Shown here one piece after another: positions 19,409 through 28,591 of a DNA stretch of 64,000 nucleotides (positions are counted from its first letter, which is position 1; every line of letters starts with the position of its first letter). The notes under the pieces were generated by a model, which was not told the origin of the DNA, ran no database searches, and worked only from the letters and a program-made list of their open reading frames with translations. Source of the stretch: Candidatus Latescibacterota bacterium. GTDB taxonomy: Bacteria; Latescibacterota; UBA2968; UBA8231. Position numbers and translations under genes: made by a program. The stretch is from positions 1,248,001 to 1,312,000 of the forward strand of contig OZ253462.1 of assembly GCA_965261395.1 (NCBI GenBank), in the 5' to 3' direction.

Positions 19409-21283
19409 ATGGAAGCAACCGTAGCGCAATTAGCACAGACGCGGCAGGCGCGAGCGCAGCAAATCGCCGCCGCTGGAGATATTGAGGTGCTGGGCCGCCG
19501 CATCGACACTACGGTATCCGAGGCGCTAGTCCTGGGGCTTTGGTTGCAAGGCGTCAGGACCTTTTTTTGCGTCTTCGGTCACGGCTCGACCGAGATCGGC
19601 GAGGTGTTGCGGATTTATCAGGAAGCGGGGCTGGTGCGCGTCTGTGGGGTGCGCAGTGAGATTGAAGCGTCACACGCGGCTGCGGCCCTGCGCTGGGTGC
19701 GCGGAGAAAAGGCCGCGGTCGTCACCTCGATCGGCCCAGGTGCATTGCAAGCGTTGGCGGCCTCCATTGTCCCGCGCTCGGACGGGTTGGGCGTCTGGTA
19801 TCTGCTCGGGGACGAGACGACCCAAGACGAAGGGCCGAACATGCAGCAGATCCCCGGGACCGAACAAAACGCTTTCCTGCGGCTGTTTGGCACCATGAGC
19901 CGGGCGTACTCGCTGCACACGCCGCTGGCGCTTGCCACCGCGCTCCGGCGCGGACTCAACGCGGTGGATCATCCACATCAAGCCGAGCCGTTTTTCTTGC
20001 TCTTGCCGCTCAACGTGCAACCGGCGGAGCTGGCACAATTCAATTTGGACGAGCTGCCCGTGGGCGCACCGCCGCCGTTGGGTGCGGCCGCTGATGAGGG
20101 TCGCTACGCAGAGGCGGCCGTCGCCATTGCCGCGGCCGAGCGCGTCGTCGTCAAGGTCGGCGGTGGAGCGCGTGGGGCCGGCCCTGAGCTAGCCGAGCTG
20201 TTAGAGCTAGCCGACGCGGTGGCTGTGACCAGCCCCTTAGTTTCCGGCGTCTTGCCGTACGACCATCCGCGCAACATGACCGTCGGCGGCAGCAAAGGGT
20301 CAATCTGCGGCAACTATGCGATGGAAGAAGCCGATTTTTTGATCGCCGTAGGCTCGCGCTTTGTCTGCCAGTCCGATTCGTCGCGCACGGGCTATCCGCG
20401 CGTGCAGGGAGTCGTCAATATCAACGCCGATCCAGAAACCGCCACCCACTACGGCAAGACCATGGCCTTCGTCGGCGATGCCGCGGGGACGCTGCGAAGA
20501 TTGAATCACGCACTGACGGCTAGCGGCGCACAAAACGGCTCCCCTTCAGCTTGGTTGCGGGCCTGTAGCGACAAGAAGCGGGAGTGGGCGGCGTTTAAGG
20601 CCGTGCGCTATCGGAAGTCAGTGCTGTACGACGAGATGTGGGACGAGGAGGTGCTGACGCAACCGACGGCCATCAAGGTGGCCACGGATTGGGCACGCGC
20701 CCGCGACGGGGTGTGTTTTTTTGACGCCGGCGATGTGCAGGCCAACGGTTTCCAAGTAGTAGAGGACGATCGCTTGGGGCGCACCTTTACCGAGACCGGG
20801 GCCAGCTATATGGGCTTTGCGGTCTCGGCGCTGTTGGCCACGGCGGTAGCTACCGAGCCGTTTTACGGGTTGGCCATTAGCGGCGATGGCTCTTTCACCA
20901 TGAACCCGCAGGTGCTCATCGACGGCGTAGAGCACGGCGCGACCGGCTGCATCCTGCTGTTGGACAACCGGCGGATGGGCGCGATCACGGGTCTGCAACT
21001 GGCCCAGTACGGGGCCGAGTGCGGCACCCGCGACGGCGTGGCCGTTGACTACGTGGCTTGGGCGCGGGCAGTGGAGGGCGTGGTCGCGTTGAGCGGCGGG
21101 TATTCGCCCGAGTCGCTGGAGAGGGCATTGGACCAGGCGCGGGCGCACGACGGCTTGTCGCTGATACACCTTCCCGTTTACTTCGGGCCGGACGAGCGCG
21201 GGGGCTTGGGGGCCTTTGGCCGCTGGAATGTCGGCAACTGGTGTGCCGATATTGAGGCGCTGCGCCACGAGATTGGACTTTGA
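19409..21283 (+). CDS. Thiamine-diphosphate-dependent enzyme (IolD-like)
   Basis: FGHG, TSIGPGA, DAGD, SYMGF and the ThDP motif GDGSF...DN. Confidence 0.85.
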   Translation: MEATVAQLAQTRQARAQQIAAAGDIEVLGRRIDTTVSEALVLGLWLQGVRTFFCVFGHGSTEIGEVLRIYQEAGLVRVCGVRSEIEASHAAAALRWVRGEKAAVVTSIGPGALQALAASIVPRSDGLGVWYLLGDETTQDEGPNMQQIPGTEQNAFLRLFGTMSRAYSLHTPLALATALRRGLNAVDHPHQAEPFFLLLPLNVQPAELAQFNLDELPVGAPPPLGAAADEGRYAEAAVAIAAAERVVVKVGGGARGAGPELAELLELADAVAVTSPLVSGVLPYDHPRNMTVGGSKGSICGNYAMEEADFLIAVGSRFVCQSDSSRTGYPRVQGVVNINADPETATHYGKTMAFVGDAAGTLRRLNHALTASGAQNGSPSAWLRACSDKKREWAAFKAVRYRKSVLYDEMWDEEVLTQPTAIKVATDWARARDGVCFFDAGDVQANGFQVVEDDRLGRTFTETGASYMGFAVSALLATAVATEPFYGLAISGDGSFTMNPQVLIDGVEHGATGCILLLDNRRMGAITGLQLAQYGAECGTRDGVAVDYVAWARAVEGVVALSGGYSPESLERALDQARAHDGLSLIHLPVYFGPDERGGLGAFGRWNVGNWCADIEALRHEIGL

Positions 21284-21368
21284 ATCCGCAGATGTACGCA
21301 GATGAGCGCAGATGCGAATCGTCTTGTAAATACTATATCTGCGTCATATCTGCGTACATCTGCGGATT
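21283..21368. repeat. Intergenic palindromic (REP/MITE-like) element
   Basis: 21-bp perfect IR AATCCGCAGATGTACGCAGAT / ATCTGCGTACATCTGCGGATT built from CGCAGAT units. Confidence 0.8.
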
Positions 21369-21410
21369 ATCTAATGTTAAGACAGGACTTTGAGAAGAGG
21401 AGGAAATCGC

Positions 21411-22424
21411 ATGAAAATTGCCATATTGCACGGTCCGCGCGACTTGCGGATTGAGGATCTGACGCTGGACACGGAGAACTTAGAGGACGACCAAATTTGG
21501 GTGGAGACGGAGATTACTGGATTTAAGATCGGCACCGACCGCGGCAACTACGAAGGGGCCGAACAGGTGCCCGGAGCACCGGATTTTCCGCGCTGGGTGG
21601 GCGACAGCAACCTAGGCGTGGTGCGAGGGGTCGGCAGCAAGGTAGCCAAGTTCGCGGTGGGGGATCGGGTGGTGTCGCGGCATCCCCATCAGTCGGCGTA
21701 CGTGGCGCGGGACAGCGAGAGCATCGTCGTGGTGCCGGACGGGGTCGCGGCCGAAGACGCGGTATTCGCCCATTTGTACGCCTTGAGCATGCATTGCTAC
21801 AGCAAGGCTTTTTTCGCGCCCGGCGAGACCGTGGCCGTCGTGGGGTTGGGCGTCTTGGGGCTGGGGGCGGTGGCGCTAGGCCCGCTTTTTGGCGCGCGGG
21901 TAGTGGGGCTGGGCAACAGCTCAGTGCGGCTGGATATGGCGCGCGAGATGGGGGCGCACGAGGCTCTGTTGTCGGATGACCCCGAGCTAGCGGCCAAGCT
22001 GGACGAATTCACCCACGGGCAGGGGATCGACTTGGTGATCCTGACGGCCAACCCTTGGCCGGCGTATCGCACGGCGATGGAAGTAGTCCGAATCAACGGA
22101 CGGGTGTCCATCGTCAGCTTGCCTGGGCGGGGTGAAGAGCCGCTGGATTTTAACCCGCTGGACATGCGCTGGTTTTACTTCAAAGGCGTTTCGCTCTGCG
22201 CGGTCAACGACCGGGCCGGGTCGCTTTTTCCGCTGCCGGACGGAGATCGCTTTGACAACGACAGCCGCTGCGCCCACGTGCTCTCGCTGATGCAGGAGGG
22301 CAAGCTCCAGCCGAGCCGCTTGGTCACCCACCGGCTGCACTACTCGGACATGGTGCAAGCCTACGAAATGGCGTACCATCGCGAGAAAAACATGCTCAAC
22401 GTGGTATTCAATTGGAAGGACTGA
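21411..22424 (+). CDS. Zinc-binding (MDR family) dehydrogenase
   Basis: ILHGPRDLR, GLGVLG and LVTHRL. RBS AGGAGG before ATG 21411. Confidence 0.87.
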   Translation: MKIAILHGPRDLRIEDLTLDTENLEDDQIWVETEITGFKIGTDRGNYEGAEQVPGAPDFPRWVGDSNLGVVRGVGSKVAKFAVGDRVVSRHPHQSAYVARDSESIVVVPDGVAAEDAVFAHLYALSMHCYSKAFFAPGETVAVVGLGVLGLGAVALGPLFGARVVGLGNSSVRLDMAREMGAHEALLSDDPELAAKLDEFTHGQGIDLVILTANPWPAYRTAMEVVRINGRVSIVSLPGRGEEPLDFNPLDMRWFYFKGVSLCAVNDRAGSLFPLPDGDRFDNDSRCAHVLSLMQEGKLQPSRLVTHRLHYSDMVQAYEMAYHREKNMLNVVFNWKD

Positions 22425-22430
22425 GGCGTT

Positions 22431-23261
22431 ATGGAGCTACTGCCGACGACCAATGCCGACGGGCGGGACGTCGTCCCAATGACCCCGGCCCAGAAGTACC
22501 TCTTCGACCTCAAGGGGTTTATCCTCTTACCCGCGCTGTTGAGCGAAGAAGAGCTGGTGCAGATTCGCGCCCATCAGCATAAGTTCCTCTACGAGCGCGA
22601 GTCCCTGCCGCCGCACGAGCGCGACAATCACGGCGGCCCGTCGCAGATCTTGCTCGACCACCCGGCGGTCGTGGGCGTGCTCAACGAAGTGCTCTCGCAT
22701 CAGGCGCTGGCCAGCGAAGACTGCTATGGGTTTCGCTACGATCACACCTATACCAGCCATCGCCAAGCTGGGCACGACAACTTCGGCCCGCACGGCGGCG
22801 GCGGGTACTTCAACTTTCGCGGCAACTCGCACATCTACCAGATGCAGCAGGGCAAGGTGCATTCCGGGCTGACGCGAGTGGTGTGGGAGCTCAACGAGGT
22901 CGACGGAGGCACGCTTTTTTTGCCGGGCAGCCACAAAGCCGCCTTCCCCCGGTCCGAGGAGCTGAGCGAGCGCGACAGCCCGCTGTGGGAGAGCTATATC
23001 TGCCCGGCCGGTTCGGCGGTGATTTTCACCGAGGCCCTGTGCCATTCGGGTACGCGCTGGACCAACCAGCAGTGGGACCGGCTGACCTTGTTTACCTGCT
23101 ACGACACGGTCAATTCCAAGTGGGGCAAAGGGTGCCCTGCGCCCGAAGTTGTCGCCTCGTTCCCAGAGAAGCGCCGCACCCTCTTCCGGGGCGTGTGGCA
23201 CGGGATGAGCGACGTGCCCGGCATCAACAAATACTACGAAGCAGCCAACCAAGCCGTTTGA
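22431..23261 (+). CDS. Phytanoyl-CoA dioxygenase family protein (HxG variant)
   Basis: QKYLFDLKGF, PHGGG, FLPGSHK, PAGSAVIFTEALCH and a distal R. Confidence 0.8.
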   Translation: MELLPTTNADGRDVVPMTPAQKYLFDLKGFILLPALLSEEELVQIRAHQHKFLYERESLPPHERDNHGGPSQILLDHPAVVGVLNEVLSHQALASEDCYGFRYDHTYTSHRQAGHDNFGPHGGGGYFNFRGNSHIYQMQQGKVHSGLTRVVWELNEVDGGTLFLPGSHKAAFPRSEELSERDSPLWESYICPAGSAVIFTEALCHSGTRWTNQQWDRLTLFTCYDTVNSKWGKGCPAPEVVASFPEKRRTLFRGVWHGMSDVPGINKYYEAANQAV

Positions 23262-23281
23262 GCGCGACGAAAGAATTCTGC

Positions 23282-26008
23282 ATGAGCGAAAAAGTTCTCT
23301 TCCTGCTCGATGGCATGGCGTTGGCCTATCGGGGCCACTTCGCGCTGATCCGCGACCCGCGCCTGACCTCGAAGGGCATGAACACTTCAGCCGTTTTTGC
23401 CTTTGCCAACACCTTGCTCTCCATTATCGAAAAAGGCGCGCCAACGCATATCGCCGTCGTCTTCGACACACCGGAGCCTACCCACCGACACCACAAATAC
23501 GAAGAGTACAAAGCCCAGCGCGAGGCCATGCCCGAGGATCTGAGCCAAGCACTGCCGTACGTATTCCGGCTCTGCGAGGCGTTTAATATCCCGGTCTTGC
23601 GCGAGCCGGGGTGGGAGGCCGACGACGTGATCGGCACGTTAGCCAAAAAGGCCGAGGCTGAGGAGTTTGCGACGTACATGGTCACGCCCGACAAGGACTA
23701 CGGCCAGCTTGTTTCCGAGCGGAGCTTTATGTACAAGCCGGGCCGCGGCGGCGACGAGGCCGAGGTTTTGGGGGTGCCGGAAATCCTCGCACAATGGCAG
23801 ATCGAGCGGATCGACCAAGTGGTCGACGTGCTGGGGCTGATGGGCGATTCTTCGGACAATGTGCCCGGCGTACCTGGGATCGGCCCCAAGACGGCGCAAA
23901 AGCTCATCGCCCAGTACGGCAGCGTCGAAGAATTGCTGGCGCACACCGACCAGCTCAAGGGCAAGCAGAAACAGAACGTAGAGGAATACCGGGAACAGGC
24001 TCTGCTCTCCAAGGAACTGGTCACCATCGAGTGCAATGTGCCGCTGGACGTGGAACTGGTGGATTTGGCCAAGGCCGACTGGGACCGCCAGAAGCTGGAG
24101 GCCCTCTTCTCCGAGCTCGAATTCAATACGCTGGGTCGGCGGCTTCTCGGCGACGAGTTTAGCGTCGAAAAGGAGCAGGCCCACGGCCCGCTCAAAGGGG
24201 TGGCCGATGTAGAGCACGACTATCAATTCGTTGATATGCCCGACAAGCGGCGGGCGTTGATCGCGGCGCTGTTGGAGCAGCCGGCGTTTTGCTTTGACTG
24301 CGAGACCAACGGTCTCGACGTCCGGCAATGCGACTTGATTGGCTTGGCCTTTTCGTGGGTACCGGGTACGGGCCACTACGTACAGTTGCCTAGGGAGCGA
24401 GCCGAGGTGCTGGCTGTTTTGGAGGAATTCCGCCCGGTCTTTGAAAGTGGGGCGAGCGAAAAGATCGGCCACAACCTCAAGTACGATCTCAGCGTCCTCC
24501 GCTGGCACGGCATGAGAGTGGAAGGGCCTTTCTTCGACACGATGCTGGCGGCGACCTTGGCTGAGCCAGAGTTGAGACGCAGCATGGACGAGCTGGCCAA
24601 GAGCCTGCTCTCCTACTCGCCCAAACCCATATCCGAACTGATCGGCGAGCGCGGCGGTGAACAGCTAACGCTGTTGCAGGTGCCGGTGGAGCAAGTGGCC
24701 GAGTACGCCTGTGAGGATGCGGACATCACCTTCCAGCTTGCTGCGGCGCTGCGGCCGAAAATCGAGGACATGGAGCAGCACCAAGTCTTCTACGAGATCG
24801 AAGCTCCGCTGCTACCGGTGCTGGTGGACATGGAATTCGAGGGCATCCGCATGGAAACGGCGGCCCTCTCCGCGCTCTCGCGGCAGTTTGAGGAGGCCAT
24901 GGAGCAGGCTGCCGAGCGCGTCTTTGAATTGGCCGGGGAGCGCTTCAACCTCAATTCAGGCAATCAGCTAGGCACTATTCTCTTTGAGAAGATGGAGTTG
25001 GACTCCAATGCCCGGCGGACGCAAAAGACCGGCCAGTACCAAACCAGCGAACAGATCTTGCGTCGGCTGGCCAATCGCCACGAGATCGCGCGGCAGGTGC
25101 TCGACTACCGACTGCATACCAAGCTCAAGTCAACGTATGTCGATCAGCTCCCCGGCGCGGTCTATAAGGCCACCGGGCGCGTCCACACCAACTACGAGCA
25201 GCTAATGACCGCCACCGGGCGGATGAAGTCCGATCGCCCGAACCTCCAGAACATCCCCATCCGCAGCGAGCAGGGGCGGGAAATCCGCCGCGCCTTTGTG
25301 CCGCGCAGCAGCGAATACCTGCTCTTTTCGGCCGACTACTCGCAAATCGAGCTGCGGATTGCCGCCGCGCTCAGCAGTGACGAGGGGATGCTGGACACTT
25401 TCAAAAGCGGCGGCGATATCCACGTTACCACGGCGGTAAAGATCTATCAAGTCGGCGAGGAGCAGGTGACCGACCAGATGCGTCGTCAAGCCAAGACGGT
25501 CAACTTCGGCATCATCTACGGGATCTCGCCCTTTGGACTGGCCGAGCGGCTCGACATTCCGCGCTGGCAGGCCGCCGAGCTGATCAATCAGTACTTTGCC
25601 CAGTATCCAGGGGTGCGGCGCTATCTCGACGAGACCGTGGAGTTCGCCCGCGACAAGGGGTACGTCGAGACGGTGACCGGGCGGCGGCGCTATCTGCGCG
25701 ACATCAACTCGCGCAATGCCACCACCCGCAAAGGAGCCGAGCGCAATGCAATCAACACCCGCATTCAGGGCACGGCTGCGGATATGATTAAGCTGGCGAT
25801 GAGCCGCATCCACCGGCTGCTGCGCGAGGAAGGGTTCCGCTCGGCGATGCTGTTGCAGGTCCACGACGAGTTGGTCTTTGACCTGCACCGGGACGAGATG
25901 GAGACCCTACCACCGCTAGTCGCGCGCGAGATGCGCGAGGCCCTGCCGATGGAGGTGCCGATAGAAATCGAGATGGGCACCGGCGAGAATTGGCTGGAGG
26001 CGCACTGA
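23282..26008 (+). CDS. polA: DNA polymerase I
   Basis: LLDG..LAYR, EADD, GDSSDNVPGVPGIGPKTA, exonuclease FDCET, PNLQNIP, DYSQIELR, AKTVNFGIIYG and LQVHDELVF. The start is at ATG 23282, later than the ORF-track start. Confidence 0.98.
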   Translation: MSEKVLFLLDGMALAYRGHFALIRDPRLTSKGMNTSAVFAFANTLLSIIEKGAPTHIAVVFDTPEPTHRHHKYEEYKAQREAMPEDLSQALPYVFRLCEAFNIPVLREPGWEADDVIGTLAKKAEAEEFATYMVTPDKDYGQLVSERSFMYKPGRGGDEAEVLGVPEILAQWQIERIDQVVDVLGLMGDSSDNVPGVPGIGPKTAQKLIAQYGSVEELLAHTDQLKGKQKQNVEEYREQALLSKELVTIECNVPLDVELVDLAKADWDRQKLEALFSELEFNTLGRRLLGDEFSVEKEQAHGPLKGVADVEHDYQFVDMPDKRRALIAALLEQPAFCFDCETNGLDVRQCDLIGLAFSWVPGTGHYVQLPRERAEVLAVLEEFRPVFESGASEKIGHNLKYDLSVLRWHGMRVEGPFFDTMLAATLAEPELRRSMDELAKSLLSYSPKPISELIGERGGEQLTLLQVPVEQVAEYACEDADITFQLAAALRPKIEDMEQHQVFYEIEAPLLPVLVDMEFEGIRMETAALSALSRQFEEAMEQAAERVFELAGERFNLNSGNQLGTILFEKMELDSNARRTQKTGQYQTSEQILRRLANRHEIARQVLDYRLHTKLKSTYVDQLPGAVYKATGRVHTNYEQLMTATGRMKSDRPNLQNIPIRSEQGREIRRAFVPRSSEYLLFSADYSQIELRIAAALSSDEGMLDTFKSGGDIHVTTAVKIYQVGEEQVTDQMRRQAKTVNFGIIYGISPFGLAERLDIPRWQAAELINQYFAQYPGVRRYLDETVEFARDKGYVETVTGRRRYLRDINSRNATTRKGAERNAINTRIQGTAADMIKLAMSRIHRLLREEGFRSAMLLQVHDELVFDLHRDEMETLPPLVAREMREALPMEVPIEIEMGTGENWLEAH

Positions 26009-26135
26009 AGTACCCGTGCGGATACCGGGAAGCGGTGGCGCGGAACGACGCGGTCCCAAAGCTGACGTTTTCTCAACGCAGTCCATTTAGCTGAGACATA
26101 GTCATAACGCGGGTTGCCTTGAGAAAGCTTCGAGG

Positions 26136-27155
26136 CTATTTGCCGGAGGTGAAGGCTTGGAGGTCAATCACCGAGCCGCCGTTTTCCGCCGCCGCGTTGG
26201 CCCCCAATACTGCCGCCAAGCTGTTGAGACTAGGGCCGTAGGGAGACCGCATCATCTGCGGGTCTTCCGCCCGCACGGCGTCGATAAAGGCCCGTGCTTG
26301 GAAAGTGAAGGCGCTCCGATAGGCCCCATCTTCCGCCTTCCACACGCTCTCGCCATTATCTAGCACCTCGCCGGTGGACCATTCGATCAGGGAGTCGTCG
26401 CTTATGATTAGCACCTCACTCCGCGACGCCTCAACATTGGTCAGTACCCGCGAGGTCGTAGCATTGCCTACTACGCCCGAAGCGAAGCGATAATTCACGC
26501 AGTACGCGTAGGGCATATTGATTGGTTCAGGTCCCGCACCGGGCTGGCGTTCAAAATAGAAGGCCGACGCTTTGGCGATGTCTCCGAGAAAATACCGCAG
26601 CAGATCGACGGTGTGGATCGTGTTTTCGACAAAGGATCCGCCGCAGAGTTCGTAGCGGCTCGTCCAGTAGCGGATGTGCTTACCGCTGTAGAACTTGAGG
26701 ATCTGGGCATGCCGCGGCTGGCGTGCCGCCAGCAGTTCCTTCACTGCTTCAGCAGAGGGGTAATAGCGACTCATAAAACCCACCTGTGAGACGACACCGG
26801 CCTTTTCTATCGCTTGGGAAAACTCCGCCGCCTGTCCCATGTCCAGACTCACCGGCTTCTCCACGAAAACGTGGATCCCCTTGTCGACCGCTGTGGTGAT
26901 CTCGTCTTGGTGCAATGTCGGCGGCAGACACACATATACTGCGTCCAATTCTTCCTTTTCGAGCATCTCTTCGTGGGACGCATAGACCGCTTGCGCCCCG
27001 AATACTTTGGCCTGTTCCCGGGCCGCCTCCGCGTTGATGTCGCAAAATGCCTGCAGCACCACCTCTCCCGTCTCCACCAGCGGTGCCAACGCCGGCAGAT
27101 GGGCATGCACGGGAATGTGCCCCATGCCGATAAATCCCAGTCGAATCGCTTTCAT
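26136..27155 (-). CDS. Gfo/Idh/MocA family oxidoreductase
   Basis: GFIGMG, HVFVEKP and GGSFVENTIHTVD. Start inferred at MKAIRL. Confidence 0.9.
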   Translation of the reverse strand: MKAIRLGFIGMGHIPVHAHLPALAPLVETGEVVLQAFCDINAEAAREQAKVFGAQAVYASHEEMLEKEELDAVYVCLPPTLHQDEITTAVDKGIHVFVEKPVSLDMGQAAEFSQAIEKAGVVSQVGFMSRYYPSAEAVKELLAARQPRHAQILKFYSGKHIRYWTSRYELCGGSFVENTIHTVDLLRYFLGDIAKASAFYFERQPGAGPEPINMPYAYCVNYRFASGVVGNATTSRVLTNVEASRSEVLIISDDSLIEWSTGEVLDNGESVWKAEDGAYRSAFTFQARAFIDAVRAEDPQMMRSPYGPSLNSLAAVLGANAAAENGGSVIDLQAFTSGK

Positions 27156-27165
27156 CTCTTTTTCC

Positions 27166-28584
27166 TTATTCTGAAGCTTGGATGACAATGCCTCTGACCA
27201 GCTCGTTATAGCCGCGCTCCTCGTCCCAAACCCCCTCGTTGGCGATCCGATATGCATAGCGCGGGTCGTCCCTAAGCCTAGAGCTGGGATCGGGCAAATG
27301 CAAGTAAGCGGTATACTCGCCCGGTGCCATAGTGGAGGATAGCGGAACCACCGCGGAAACTACATGGGACGCCCCTGGCTTCCAAGTGCGCGGATCGACG
27401 TCGAGGACAAAGGCCTGGCTTGATCTGTTCGCCTCGTTTTCTAAGACGATCTCCACATCGCGCCTATTGTAAAGTGGGGCGAAACCGCGATTGTCTAGGT
27501 CAATCTCCACTGCGAGTTGTCCGCCGGGACTGGCAGTAGCCGCGATGCGGCTCTGGGTCAGGGCAAACCGTGCGCCCAGTCTCCGCATCACCTCGTCAAA
27601 ACAACCCTGTGCGGCCCACTTATCGAGTACTTCGGGGTGATAGCTGCTATTGAGGTAGCTGCCTTTGAGGGTTTCCAGTTCGGTGATGGTGCGCTCGCAA
27701 TCGTTGAGTGCATGCGGCTGGCAGGTCTCCCCGCCAAATGCGGTGTAGAGGGTCTCACTCGCGAGATAGGCTACTTCCTCCTCGCGTGTCATCTCTCCCC
27801 GCTCGTAAGTGCCGACGTCGATCGGCGAGGAGAGGAAACAGTCGTTGTGGTGGCCGACGCGGGCGACGCGCTCGCCGCTATAGGCATTATTGACATCCAC
27901 TATGGCGAAATCGCCGCCAGATATTTTGAAAATCTGCTGTTTTAGGTAGGGATAACGGACCAAGACTAAGCGGTCGGTAGGGGTGTGGTCGAGGATATGG
28001 AACAGCATATCTCGGCCCTGGTCGTAGTCTTTTGCGACCTCTGTCGTGTGCCACTCTCCCCACGGGCCGATAAATCCCGCCTCAAAGAGGGCGATGACAT
28101 CTACATTGGCGGCGAAGATGGGGGATAGCTGCGCGATGTGGTTTTTGACGTTCGGCGTTGGCGGGTCCTCGTACGATGTGTAGTCGCCGCCTGGACCTTT
28201 GAAACCGTAAGATCCCCGGACGATGACTTTCATTCCCTGGTCCCGGGCGATGGCGAACCCGTTTTCTACTGCGGTGAGGAACGACTCCGGCAAGAACGGG
28301 ACCTCGCGATAGGTCTCCATGAAGATCCGCCCCCAGACCAACGTATGTCCCTCGCCTCGCCTCTTGCCGATGGCGGGATCGAGTTCGTGCAAGTTGGTAT
28401 ATATGTAAAATCCTCGTTCGGGGTTGGGAAAGAGGCTTGCGTCGGGCTCGTAGTGAGTCGCGATGACACCGGTGCGAGCTTCATTCATAGTTACTCCCGT
28501 TTGCGCGTCGGCCGTTTTCTCTTTCCCACAGGATAGGGCGCCTATCACAATTGACGCAACGCATGCTGTCATAGCTTTGAACAT
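27166..28584 (-). CDS. DUF4832/DUF4874-type lipoprotein (glycoside-hydrolase-like)
   Basis: NPERGF, AGFIGPWGEWH, GHHNDCFL, GGET and N.GFAPLYN.R, with lipobox ALSC. Confidence 0.8.
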   Translation of the reverse strand: MFKAMTACVASIVIGALSCGKEKTADAQTGVTMNEARTGVIATHYEPDASLFPNPERGFYIYTNLHELDPAIGKRRGEGHTLVWGRIFMETYREVPFLPESFLTAVENGFAIARDQGMKVIVRGSYGFKGPGGDYTSYEDPPTPNVKNHIAQLSPIFAANVDVIALFEAGFIGPWGEWHTTEVAKDYDQGRDMLFHILDHTPTDRLVLVRYPYLKQQIFKISGGDFAIVDVNNAYSGERVARVGHHNDCFLSSPIDVGTYERGEMTREEEVAYLASETLYTAFGGETCQPHALNDCERTITELETLKGSYLNSSYHPEVLDKWAAQGCFDEVMRRLGARFALTQSRIAATASPGGQLAVEIDLDNRGFAPLYNRRDVEIVLENEANRSSQAFVLDVDPRTWKPGASHVVSAVVPLSSTMAPGEYTAYLHLPDPSSRLRDDPRYAYRIANEGVWDEERGYNELVRGIVIQASE

Positions 28585-28591
28585 CCAAACC

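Noticed and set aside
22883-23281. 133-aa N-terminal extension of PolA shown in the ORF track
   Set aside because: It overlaps the PhyH-family gene in another frame, and PolA motifs begin at ATG 23282.
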